A model generated the notes under the pieces. The model worked only from the letters and a program-made list of their open reading frames with translations. It searched no databases and was not told where the DNA came from. Source: Gemmatimonadales bacterium (GTDB lineage Bacteria > Gemmatimonadota > Gemmatimonadetes > Gemmatimonadales > GWC2-71-9). Taken from it: a stretch of 64,000 nt of DNA. A program made the translations under genes and the position numbers. Positions within the stretch are counted from its first letter, which is position 1. Every line of letters starts with the position of its first letter. Of the stretch, positions 1 through 8,330 are shown in pieces. The DNA lies in NCBI GenBank assembly GCA_041577295.1, contig JBFGJG010000003.1, forward strand, positions 64,001 through 128,000, given 5' to 3'.

Positions 1-1
1 G

Positions 2-325
2 TTGGGCGATCCTGTGGATCACCGGGCCGATCTCTACTCGCTGTCCCTTGCGGCGCTCTTCGCGCTGACGGGCGAACCCCCCTTCGGTACTGGTGCACCG
101 GACGCGATCCTCGCACGCAAGCTGGCCGGCCAGCTTCCCAAGGTCAGGGAGCGACGATCGGACGTGCCCGAGCGGCTGCTACGCATTCTCGGCCGTGGCG
201 CGGCGGTGGATCCCTCGGAGCGTTATCAAAGCGCGGAGGATTACCTCCGAGCGCTCTCATGGGGGCGCCGCCGCTGGCGGCTGAATCCGCTGCGCTGGTT
301 CCAGCGTCTGTTGCCGCGCCGGTGA
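2..325 (+). CDS. Ser/Thr protein kinase, C-terminal part (truncated by window start)
   Basis: Hanks kinase subdomains IX-XI: VDHRADLYSL, LTGEPPF, DPSERYQSA. Confidence 0.85.
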   Translation: MGDPVDHRADLYSLSLAALFALTGEPPFGTGAPDAILARKLAGQLPKVRERRSDVPERLLRILGRGAAVDPSERYQSAEDYLRALSWGRRRWRLNPLRWFQRLLPRR

Positions 326-371
326 GTTGGGACCGCCGGTACGCGCGTGGGGTAGGAATCACATCACCCTC

Positions 372-1304
372 ATGAAACACACGCTCGCCGCAGCCGCCCT
401 CGTCGTTCTCTGGGCGGCCTTCACGCCTGTCCTTCAGGCGCAAGATCCCGTGGTCTACCGGGTCTCATTGAACGGCAACGTCGAGCTAAGTGCGTTCCAG
501 GTGGTTGCGCGCGCGCTGAAGGTCGCCGCCGAGGGAGCGGGTGCGGTGGTCATTCTGGAGATCGGGTCGCCGGGCGGGCGCTATGACGCCGCGCAGCTGA
601 TCGTGGCCGACGTGGAAGCGAGCACGGTGCCCGTCTACGTGATGGTCACGCAGCACGCCTGGGGGCCGGCGGCCATGGTAGCGCTTGCTGGTGACTCCAT
701 GTTCATGGGCCCCGAGTCGTTCATCGGAGCCGGACGGGATCCGGCGGGACGTCGCAGCGAGCTTTCGCCGGCAGCGCAGACCGCGGTCACCGAGGATTTC
801 CGTGCGCTCGCCGTCAAACGGGGGTTCTCAGAGGATGTTGGTGTCGCCCTCGCGACGGAGAGCGACGGTACCGCCGCGCCGTTCACCTTGTCCGCACCTG
901 AGGCGGTCACCGCGGGCGTTGCCAGGGCGCAAATTGCCAATGTCGACGACCTTCTCGCGCGCATCGGGCTCAGCGGCACCGAGGTGATTACGGTCGATGC
1001 CGGGTGGACGGGGACCACCATCGAGATCGAGAACTACAACACGAGAGATGTGCGGATCACGGTGCTCCGAGGTGGGACGCGCTACATATTGGGCCAAGTC
1101 ACGAGCATGCGCGTCGCCACCTTCGAGATCCCGATTTCGCACCTCTCGGACGGCGCACAAATTCGGGTATTGGCCGAGGTCATCGGTTCGTCGGACCGGC
1201 GCACGACCGATGTCATCCGCGTGGAACCGGGGCTGGTGGTGCGCTGGATGCTCGCAGACCCGCTGCGGTACTCCTCGTTCTCCCACTTTGTTCGCTACTA
1301 CTGA
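372..1304 (+). CDS. Secreted NfeD/ClpP-like (crotonase-fold) domain protein with an unrelated C-terminal beta-rich domain
   Basis: Signal peptide MKHTLAAAALVVLWAAF..LQA; NfeD N-domain motifs VILEIGSPGG, PVYVMV, ALAGDSMFMGPESFIGA; start moved to ATG 372. Confidence 0.65.
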   Translation: MKHTLAAAALVVLWAAFTPVLQAQDPVVYRVSLNGNVELSAFQVVARALKVAAEGAGAVVILEIGSPGGRYDAAQLIVADVEASTVPVYVMVTQHAWGPAAMVALAGDSMFMGPESFIGAGRDPAGRRSELSPAAQTAVTEDFRALAVKRGFSEDVGVALATESDGTAAPFTLSAPEAVTAGVARAQIANVDDLLARIGLSGTEVITVDAGWTGTTIEIENYNTRDVRITVLRGGTRYILGQVTSMRVATFEIPISHLSDGAQIRVLAEVIGSSDRRTTDVIRVEPGLVVRWMLADPLRYSSFSHFVRYY

Positions 1305-1320
1305 CCGCCATTCATCTCCC

Positions 1321-1359
1321 AAAAAAAACTCTCCGCGAGGTCGTTGCCTCGCGGAGAGT
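1321..1359 (-). terminator. Intrinsic terminator after the first susD
   Basis: 13-bp perfect stem actctccgcgagg/cctcgcggagagt with a 6-nt loop, followed by T8 on the minus strand. Confidence 0.85.
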
Positions 1360-1386
1360 ACTACGAAAAACGATCGACGTTCTGAC

Positions 1387-2817
1387 TTACGGCGCGGCGC
1401 AGGCCGGTGGTGCGGGTCGCGGACTGCGCGCGTCGCACTCTTGTGCTGGGAACGGATAGCGCTGTGCCACGGTGAAGTTGGCTGGCTCGCCTACCAACAG
1501 CTCGTTCAGCTTGCCATAACGCCGCCAGTCGATCCAACGATGGCCACCCTCCCAGACGAGCGAGTAGCGCTTGTTGTAGAGCAACTCGTCCAGCTGCGCT
1601 TCGTCCGACAGAAGAAGCCAGTCCGCTTCCAGTATCGGATCCAGCCCGCCGGAGTTCTGGCGGATGAAGTTGATGTCCACGAGCGCGGCGGACGGGTCCC
1701 CGCTGCACGTGATAGATCCCGCCGAGCCGGTACACGCGAGATTGGCCTCGGCGCGTAGCAGAATCAGCTCTTCGTTCCTGATGATCGGAACGTCGGCACT
1801 TGGGTTGGGATAGAGCGTGAAGTCGAGATCGCTCGAGATCCCCTGACTCGCCTGGTCCTGCACTGGATCGTCCAAGCGCACCACCTTCGTGGAGAACCGA
1901 AGGTCTGGCTCGCCTCCAGTGCGCTGTTGAGCATCCGCCTCGAACGACGGGTGTGCCAGCCGCACATCAGACTGATCGAACAGCGAGTTGGCCACCTCGC
2001 CCGCTCCCACACCAAAGTTGTAGTAGACGCCGGTACTGAGCGCGGAGCCCGTATTCATGAACGACGCCGCGAGATTGGTGAGCGCCGAGGCGTAGTTCTG
2101 CATGTAGACGTCGACACGTGCACGGAGGGCACGGTTGAACCCGATGAAGGCGGCTGGTGTGTTCGCGATCGCGAATCCGCTCGGCAGTTGGAATGCGAAT
2201 GTGCCACCCGCTGCTGCCAGATCGGTCTGTGCCTCATCGAGCAAGCGCACGATTTCGTTGAACGCCTCCGTCTTGCTTACGATCGGCTGGGGATCTCCGG
2301 TGGGGTCCGGATTGACCGTGATGACGATGCCGTGCTCATCCCGCGTGTTGACGAGCAGCAGGAAGTTCAGCGCCTGCATCGTCTTGGTGAAGCCACGGAC
2401 ACCCGCCTTCTCCGCGGGGCTCATCTCCGTGTCGAGGAGCGCGGCCGTGGCGTTGAGCACGTTCACCTGGTCCCGCAATTCCTGATAGCGCGCGAACCAG
2501 TGGTTGCCACCGAATGCCGGTGAGCCACCATCCAGCGGGCCGATCAGCATTTCCGTGACAAACCGCGGATCGGATGCGTCGAAGTTGTACGATTCCCGCC
2601 CGATGATCCCGAGCTGCGAAACCTGTCCGGCTGCGGATGCGATGTTGGAGCGGGCATCGATGAAGAGCCCCTGCACCGCAGCGATCACCGCAGACCGGGT
2701 GGGCGTCCCCGTGAGCTGCTCGATGCCCGGATTGTTGAAGTCCGGCACCGTGAGTGTCTGGCAGGCCCCCAAGCCGAAGACCGGCAGGAGGACTGCGAAA
2801 AATCGATAGCGTTTCAT
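1387..2817 (-). CDS. SusD/RagB family outer-membrane lipoprotein
   Basis: Lipobox FGLGAC; SusD motifs PIIRNEELILLRAEA and EGGHRWIDWRRYG; directly downstream of susC. Confidence 0.9.
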   Translation of the reverse strand: MKRYRFFAVLLPVFGLGACQTLTVPDFNNPGIEQLTGTPTRSAVIAAVQGLFIDARSNIASAAGQVSQLGIIGRESYNFDASDPRFVTEMLIGPLDGGSPAFGGNHWFARYQELRDQVNVLNATAALLDTEMSPAEKAGVRGFTKTMQALNFLLLVNTRDEHGIVITVNPDPTGDPQPIVSKTEAFNEIVRLLDEAQTDLAAAGGTFAFQLPSGFAIANTPAAFIGFNRALRARVDVYMQNYASALTNLAASFMNTGSALSTGVYYNFGVGAGEVANSLFDQSDVRLAHPSFEADAQQRTGGEPDLRFSTKVVRLDDPVQDQASQGISSDLDFTLYPNPSADVPIIRNEELILLRAEANLACTGSAGSITCSGDPSAALVDINFIRQNSGGLDPILEADWLLLSDEAQLDELLYNKRYSLVWEGGHRWIDWRRYGKLNELLVGEPANFTVAQRYPFPAQECDARSPRPAPPACAAP

Positions 2818-2846
2818 AGTCCGTGTCCTTTCCAGTCTGGTCATCG

Positions 2847-5810
2847 CTAGAAGCCGAGGTCAATGCCGAACCAGAAGCTTCGGCTGGGCGGGAACGGCGC
2901 CACGTCGATGTTCCGTCCCGTGGGTTGGTTGCCGAAGTTGCTGACCTCTGGATCGAGACCTGGGTAATCAGCGACCGTGATGAGATTCCGCGCCTGCGCG
3001 AAGAGACGTACGCTGCGCAGCGCACTCCAGAAGTTGGAAAGGCTCCGTTGCGGTAGCCGCCATGAGAGCGTGATCTCCCGCATCTTGAGGAACGACAGGT
3101 CCTGCACGTAAATGCGCGTGTCGCCCGCACCAACGAGCGGTCCGTTCGCGCGGCGCTCCGCACCGGCCGTCTCGAAATCCCCGGTCAACGAACCGATGTC
3201 GTACAGCAGCTGGGTGAGGTTCAACGCATCACTTCCCTTCTGCCAATCGAACAAGAAGTAAAGGTTGATGTTGCCGAACGTGACGTCGTTGGTGAACGAC
3301 CACTTGAAGTCGGGGTTGACATCACCGACGGTCGCGACAATGGGCGCCCCGTTCGCATCAAAGCCCGTGTTGCCGATGAACTGGGTCGGTGATTTGCCCT
3401 CTTCAATCCGGATCGTCCCCAGACCAATGCCGAAACCCGAGCTACTTGGGATGAACGCAGGAACCGGCAGATCGGTAACCTTGCTACGGCTGAGGAAGAA
3501 GTTGGTCCGGAAGACCCAGTTGAAATCCGCGCTCTGCGCCGGCACCAGACCCAGAGAGACCTCGACTCCGCGCGTCCTGAGCTCACCCGCGTTGAAGATC
3601 TCGTTGGCGAAGCCAGAGGACGGTGCGAGCCGCCGCGTCAACAGGAGATCGCTGATGGTCTTCTGATAGACCGTGAATTCAAACGTGGCTCGTCCACCGT
3701 AGAATGACGCGTCGACGCCACCCTCGATCTCGCGCTGCCGCTCGGGCTTGAGATCGGGCGAACCGACGTTGGCAAAAATGGTGCTTGGGGGGACGACGAT
3801 CCCCGGAATGCCCTCGACGTTGAAAGTCGCATCGAGCGGCGTGAACTTCTGCCCGAAGAGGGGCTGGTTGCCCGACTCACCGTAGGCTGCGCGGAATTTG
3901 ATATCGTCAATCGTCCCACCAACCGGAATGCGATACGATCCAGCTAACTTTGGATAGAAGTGTAGCTCTGTGTCGTCGGCGTTGGCGCTGCTCTGGTCCG
4001 CCCGGAATCCCGCCGTCAGGAGTAACCGGTCGTTCAGCGTAAGAACCTCTTCCTGAAGGTAAAAGCCGAAGTCCTCCACCCGCTGCCGGTCCTCATTGAC
4101 GGCCACGTTGGTCCCCGCATCGATATTGGGCTGCCCGGCAGTGAGCCCGCGGCTCGTGACCCGTGCGATGTTCAGGTCACGCGTCTCGTACTGTACGCCG
4201 GCCGAGGTCGTGAACGCAGTGCTACCCGTATTGTACGTGTAAACCGCACTACCGTTCACGTTGAGGCTCAAGTTGTCGCTGTCGCCCAGCAGCGAGGTGC
4301 CGGGGAAGCCGTCGTCGTCCTCGAACTGAAGCTCCGGTGGGAAGAAGAGCTCGTTCTGCTGGCGGAAGAAGTCCGCACCTGCCAATCCAATCAGCCGAAA
4401 ATCGCTGTTGGCAGTCTGGACGACAGAGAACTCGACTCGTCCGGAGGACGTAAAGCGCCACACATCCTCGTCGTTCTGCATGAGACCGAGCGTCTGGACC
4501 GGATTGCTGCGCTCGAACGGGTTCGTCGGATACGTGCCGTCCGCCCGCTGACTCAGGTCGACGATGTTCGCCGTGAACGGGAACACCATGTATGGGCTGA
4601 CGCCAGCGTTGTCGTTGTTCTGGAGACCACGTTGCGCGAGGGTGTGTAGGATATTCGTGCTCAGACTGCCGCGAATGCGTGTGCCCACCGTCTGATCGAG
4701 ATTGATACGCAGCGACTGTTTCGCGAAGCCGGTGTTCTCCATGATGCCTGCGTCGTCCTGCCACAGCCCGGACAGGAAGTACTGCGTATCCTCGTCGCCA
4801 CCACTGATGTTGAAAGCCGTCTCCGACGACAAAGCGTTGCGTCCGGCCAGTTGCTCTTCGTGATCGAAGCTGACACCGGGCGTAAAGCCCACCGCAGCGG
4901 CCGTGCCGGCCCCGAGCACCGCGTCAACTTCCGCTGCATCCTCGAAGGTTCTTGAGCCCAGCCTGTTGGAGAGGTCGAAAAACCCAAACCGCTGGGAGAC
5001 GTTGAATCGCGGCGGCCCGGCGCGGCCACGCTTGGTGCGGACGATGATCACACCGTTGGAGGCCTTCGATCCGTAGATCGCCGAGGCTGAGGCACCCTTG
5101 AGGACCTCGATGCTCTCGATGTCTTCGGGGTTCAGGTCCGCGATGCGATTGACTTGACCGTCCTGCGTAAGCGACGGGTTGTTGCCGCCGGTGGACGCGG
5201 TCACGGCGTTCTGATTGGAGGGAATGGCCACGTCGCTCATCAGCACGCCGTCAACGACCCAGAGCGGTTGCGCCGTGGCGTTGATCGACGTGGTACCCCG
5301 GAGCCGAACCTGCACACCGCCGCCCGGAGCACCAGAGTTCTGCTGGATGTCGACACCGGCAACCTTACCGGCCAGCGCGTGCTCGACGCTCTGTGACGTG
5401 ACCTCTTGAACATCGTCGCCGCTCACGGTGCCCACGGCGTTCGCGAGATTCTGACGCGAAACGCCCGTCGCCACACCGGTCACGACCACCTCTTCCAGCT
5501 GGAGCACGTCGCGCTCGAGCTGCGCCTGAATGTTGTTCTGGCCCGGTGGTACGGTCAGCAGATACCGTTTGTAGCCGATCCGGCGAATCAAGATCTGCAC
5601 CGATCCCGTGGGTACTCCCAGCGTGAACGTGCCATCCTGATTTACAAAGGCTCGGATCGTCGTGTTGGGCACCGTGACTTCGGCACCAGCCACGGGCTCT
5701 CCCGTGATGGCATCGGTCACCGTCCCAGTGAGGACGCGCGTCTGAGCATCGACGCTCGATGCGCTGAGCCCCACAAAGAGGGCCAAAAGTAGGACGATTC
5801 TGAATCTCAT
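2847..5810 (-). CDS. SusC/RagA family TonB-dependent outer-membrane transporter
   Basis: N-terminal carboxypeptidase-regulatory-like domain, LEEVVVTG, plug motif LNPEDIESIEVLKGASASAIYGSKASNGVIIV, LKPERQREIEGG, C-terminal ...GIDLGF; RBS aaggaggag before ATG 5810. Confidence 0.95.
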   Translation of the reverse strand: MRFRIVLLLALFVGLSASSVDAQTRVLTGTVTDAITGEPVAGAEVTVPNTTIRAFVNQDGTFTLGVPTGSVQILIRRIGYKRYLLTVPPGQNNIQAQLERDVLQLEEVVVTGVATGVSRQNLANAVGTVSGDDVQEVTSQSVEHALAGKVAGVDIQQNSGAPGGGVQVRLRGTTSINATAQPLWVVDGVLMSDVAIPSNQNAVTASTGGNNPSLTQDGQVNRIADLNPEDIESIEVLKGASASAIYGSKASNGVIIVRTKRGRAGPPRFNVSQRFGFFDLSNRLGSRTFEDAAEVDAVLGAGTAAAVGFTPGVSFDHEEQLAGRNALSSETAFNISGGDEDTQYFLSGLWQDDAGIMENTGFAKQSLRINLDQTVGTRIRGSLSTNILHTLAQRGLQNNDNAGVSPYMVFPFTANIVDLSQRADGTYPTNPFERSNPVQTLGLMQNDEDVWRFTSSGRVEFSVVQTANSDFRLIGLAGADFFRQQNELFFPPELQFEDDDGFPGTSLLGDSDNLSLNVNGSAVYTYNTGSTAFTTSAGVQYETRDLNIARVTSRGLTAGQPNIDAGTNVAVNEDRQRVEDFGFYLQEEVLTLNDRLLLTAGFRADQSSANADDTELHFYPKLAGSYRIPVGGTIDDIKFRAAYGESGNQPLFGQKFTPLDATFNVEGIPGIVVPPSTIFANVGSPDLKPERQREIEGGVDASFYGGRATFEFTVYQKTISDLLLTRRLAPSSGFANEIFNAGELRTRGVEVSLGLVPAQSADFNWVFRTNFFLSRSKVTDLPVPAFIPSSSGFGIGLGTIRIEEGKSPTQFIGNTGFDANGAPIVATVGDVNPDFKWSFTNDVTFGNINLYFLFDWQKGSDALNLTQLLYDIGSLTGDFETAGAERRANGPLVGAGDTRIYVQDLSFLKMREITLSWRLPQRSLSNFWSALRSVRLFAQARNLITVADYPGLDPEVSNFGNQPTGRNIDVAPFPPSRSFWFGIDLGF

Positions 5811-6398
5811 AACACCTCTCCTCCTTCGAGGCTGGAATGACACGTACGACCGGCCTTACCGCCGGTCGGACGGGGAGGGAGCATCAAATTGCCGCTCATC
5901 GCGTGATGAGATCATGAGGGCTCGGCAACGATGTGAAGGCCTGTAAATAACGCGCTCAACGCCGGTTCGGCAACTGCTTGGGACCATCGGGCCGCCGCCC
6001 GCGCTCCCGTGGCCAAACAGGCGCCACCATGCCGAATGGGTAGTGGTCCGCGCCGGCCCGTACAGGCATAAGACCTTGCCATGTAACAACTTGAAATGCG
6101 TTGTGGACCATCAAGTAAGCCCGTTCAGGTATCCGAGCCCAGATAGCGGCCGCTCGCGACACTCGGCGGTTCGTCTGGCCAACGTCGTCGAAGAAGCGTA
6201 TCGTAAATGAAATGGCCTCTCGATGGGCCCTCCGAAGCAGGCCAATCCCGATTCGACCTCACCCTCCCCGATGTTGTGAGGCGCGAATCGATCGCAACGT
6301 CACATCGAGCAATCGCTCTGTCGCGTCTCGCTCCCACCACGCGTGCGCGTCGTGCTTTGCTCTCCATACCGGAACCCTCCAACCGGGATGGTTTTGCT

Positions 6399-6740
6399 AT
6401 GCGCCTGCCTACGCTGGCTCTTGGCTTCGCACTCGCTGGCTGTACTTCCATGTCGCCATCGCTCGTCGGCCGTTACTCGCTCTCGCCCGAAGCGATGCAT
6501 CGCAGTGGCGCACACGACTTGTACGACGCCGTGCGGCTGCTCCGGCCGGATTGGCTAGAGCCGTGCACGAGCGTCTACCGCGATGAGCGCTTCTGGGGTG
6601 GCACCGAGGCGTTGCACGAGTTCGTTCCCGAAGACGCCGTGGCCGTCAAGTACATTCCCAGCGGTCATCCTCGGCCGGGAGCCGGGCAGACGGCGCTCAA
6701 TACCTGCTCAGCAATCCAGGTGGTCACGGGCGGGCCATAA
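6399..6740 (+). CDS. Small lipoprotein resembling an isolated TonB plug domain
   Basis: Lipobox LAGC; plug-like DLYDAVRLLRPDWL, VYRDERFWGG, EDAVAVKYI, AIQVVT. Confidence 0.6.
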   Translation: MRLPTLALGFALAGCTSMSPSLVGRYSLSPEAMHRSGAHDLYDAVRLLRPDWLEPCTSVYRDERFWGGTEALHEFVPEDAVAVKYIPSGHPRPGAGQTALNTCSAIQVVTGGP

Positions 6741-6766
6741 ACCTCCTTTCCTTTATAAGGGGACCT

Positions 6767-6797
6767 ACGGGGGAGGAGCTGGCCGCGCCTCCCCCGT
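6767..6797. terminator. GC-rich hairpin between convergent genes (probable terminator)
   Basis: 10-bp stem acgggggagg/cctcccccgt between the stops at 6740 (+) and 6863 (-). Confidence 0.5.
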
Positions 6798-6862
6798 GAT
6801 TCCGCTTCGCGCTCGGGTACCCGTCCTGCTCATCACCCGGGCGGTACATTCCCGCTCGAGCG

Positions 6863-8311
6863 CTACGGGTCGCGATCCAAACATTGGCTGAAGTTCGGGT
6901 TGTTCTGCTCGTCGAACGCGACTGGGAAGTTCACGTCCGGCCCATAGATCCCGCCCTTGAAGAACGGGCCCGTTGGGAAAACCGCTTCCGTGTCACGCCC
7001 GTACTGCCGCACCAAGCGTCTGAGATCGCTTAGCCGCTGGCCGGTGGCGAAGAGCCAGAACGCCCGCTCGCTGAAGTGGAGATCGACGCGTGCGTCGAAC
7101 GAGCCAGGATCGGCCAACGGATCGAGCTGCACGGCGGCACCCTCGAGTCCGAACCGATCTCGCAGCACGTCGAGATGGTCGCGGGTGAGCAGCGTCGCCA
7201 CATCCGAACGCAGATCGTTCAAGAGCTGCAACCACGTGGCATCGTCACCGGCTTGCAAGGCCGCTTCGGCTTCGATCAAGCGCGCTTCGATTCCGGTGCC
7301 GAGAATCGAAAGCTTATCGCGACCCGGATACTTCAGGAGATCGTACTGCGGGGTGATGCGATCGAAGCCGACATCGTTCCCGCCCGTTCGCTCCCAGGGC
7401 AGCCGGACGTCAAGAGCGCCACCAGGACTCCTGAAAGGCAGACCGTTCCCACCTTCCCCGTTCGAAATGGTCCACCGCTCGTTGATCACGTTGACGAAGT
7501 GGATGCCGTTTTCCTGTCTGGTGCTGTTGATCGAGTGATCGAGATTGAAGAGGAACGCCGTCGGCACCGCTGCTGCCGCTGCGCCGGCTTCAACGAAATC
7601 TCCCCGGTCTAGCAGGGTGCGCGCCGCGCCAAGTGCTGCGAGTCGCTCTTGCGCAATGTTCCCGGCAGCCGCTGCATCGGCGGCGGCGCTCGTAAAGCGA
7701 TCGAGCGCGAGCTGATAGATCTGGGCAGTGGTTTGTGGTTGCCCAAAGTCCAGCGTCGCACCGTCTGCCCTGCTGAACGGCACACCGGAACAGAAGTTCT
7801 CACCAAACGCCAGATACGTGTACCCTGCCAAGTTGTTCATCTGGGCCTTCTGGCGGAGGCTCGTTGCCGATGCCGGATCCACCGCGTTCTCGTCGATGAA
7901 GTCGACCGCTCGCTCGGCCGATCGCCGGGCGCGCTGCAGGTTGCGGAACAGCGTGGTCAGTTCGGAATTGCGAACGTCGATGGTCCGGGAGTCGATCTCG
8001 ATCCGGGTCGGGAAGGTTCCCGAGAGCTGCCATTCATCGCTGAACAACCCCGAGTGCATGACGATGCCGACAATCGGCGTCGCATCGCCGGTGTAGGCCA
8101 ACGAAAAGTCCCCCACCGCGCCCTGCACAATGGTGGGAATGGCCTCCGGCCCTTCGAGATCGTCCGGGAGAATGATATCCGGATCGACGGTATCGAGCGG
8201 ATTTTGACACGCCGCGACGGCGAAGATGGCAAGCGCCGCCAGACAGCGGCCGGGGAGGAGCCGGAAGCTCCTCCCATCCGCCGGTCGTGTGGTTCTCGTC
8301 AATATGTTCAT
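6863..8311 (-). CDS. SusD/RagB family outer-membrane lipoprotein (second copy)
   Basis: Lipobox AVAAC; GENFCSGVPF, EARLIEAEAAL, ERAFWLFATGQRLSDLRRLVRQY; downstream of susC. Confidence 0.88.
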   Translation of the reverse strand: MNILTRTTRPADGRSFRLLPGRCLAALAIFAVAACQNPLDTVDPDIILPDDLEGPEAIPTIVQGAVGDFSLAYTGDATPIVGIVMHSGLFSDEWQLSGTFPTRIEIDSRTIDVRNSELTTLFRNLQRARRSAERAVDFIDENAVDPASATSLRQKAQMNNLAGYTYLAFGENFCSGVPFSRADGATLDFGQPQTTAQIYQLALDRFTSAAADAAAAGNIAQERLAALGAARTLLDRGDFVEAGAAAAAVPTAFLFNLDHSINSTRQENGIHFVNVINERWTISNGEGGNGLPFRSPGGALDVRLPWERTGGNDVGFDRITPQYDLLKYPGRDKLSILGTGIEARLIEAEAALQAGDDATWLQLLNDLRSDVATLLTRDHLDVLRDRFGLEGAAVQLDPLADPGSFDARVDLHFSERAFWLFATGQRLSDLRRLVRQYGRDTEAVFPTGPFFKGGIYGPDVNFPVAFDEQNNPNFSQCLDRDP

Positions 8312-8330
8312 GGCTTCTCATTCTCCGTCA

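Noticed and set aside
5811..6398. Riboswitch (cobalamin/TPP) upstream of susC
   Set aside because: I could not find the conserved core motifs by eye; an Infernal/Rfam scan would settle it.
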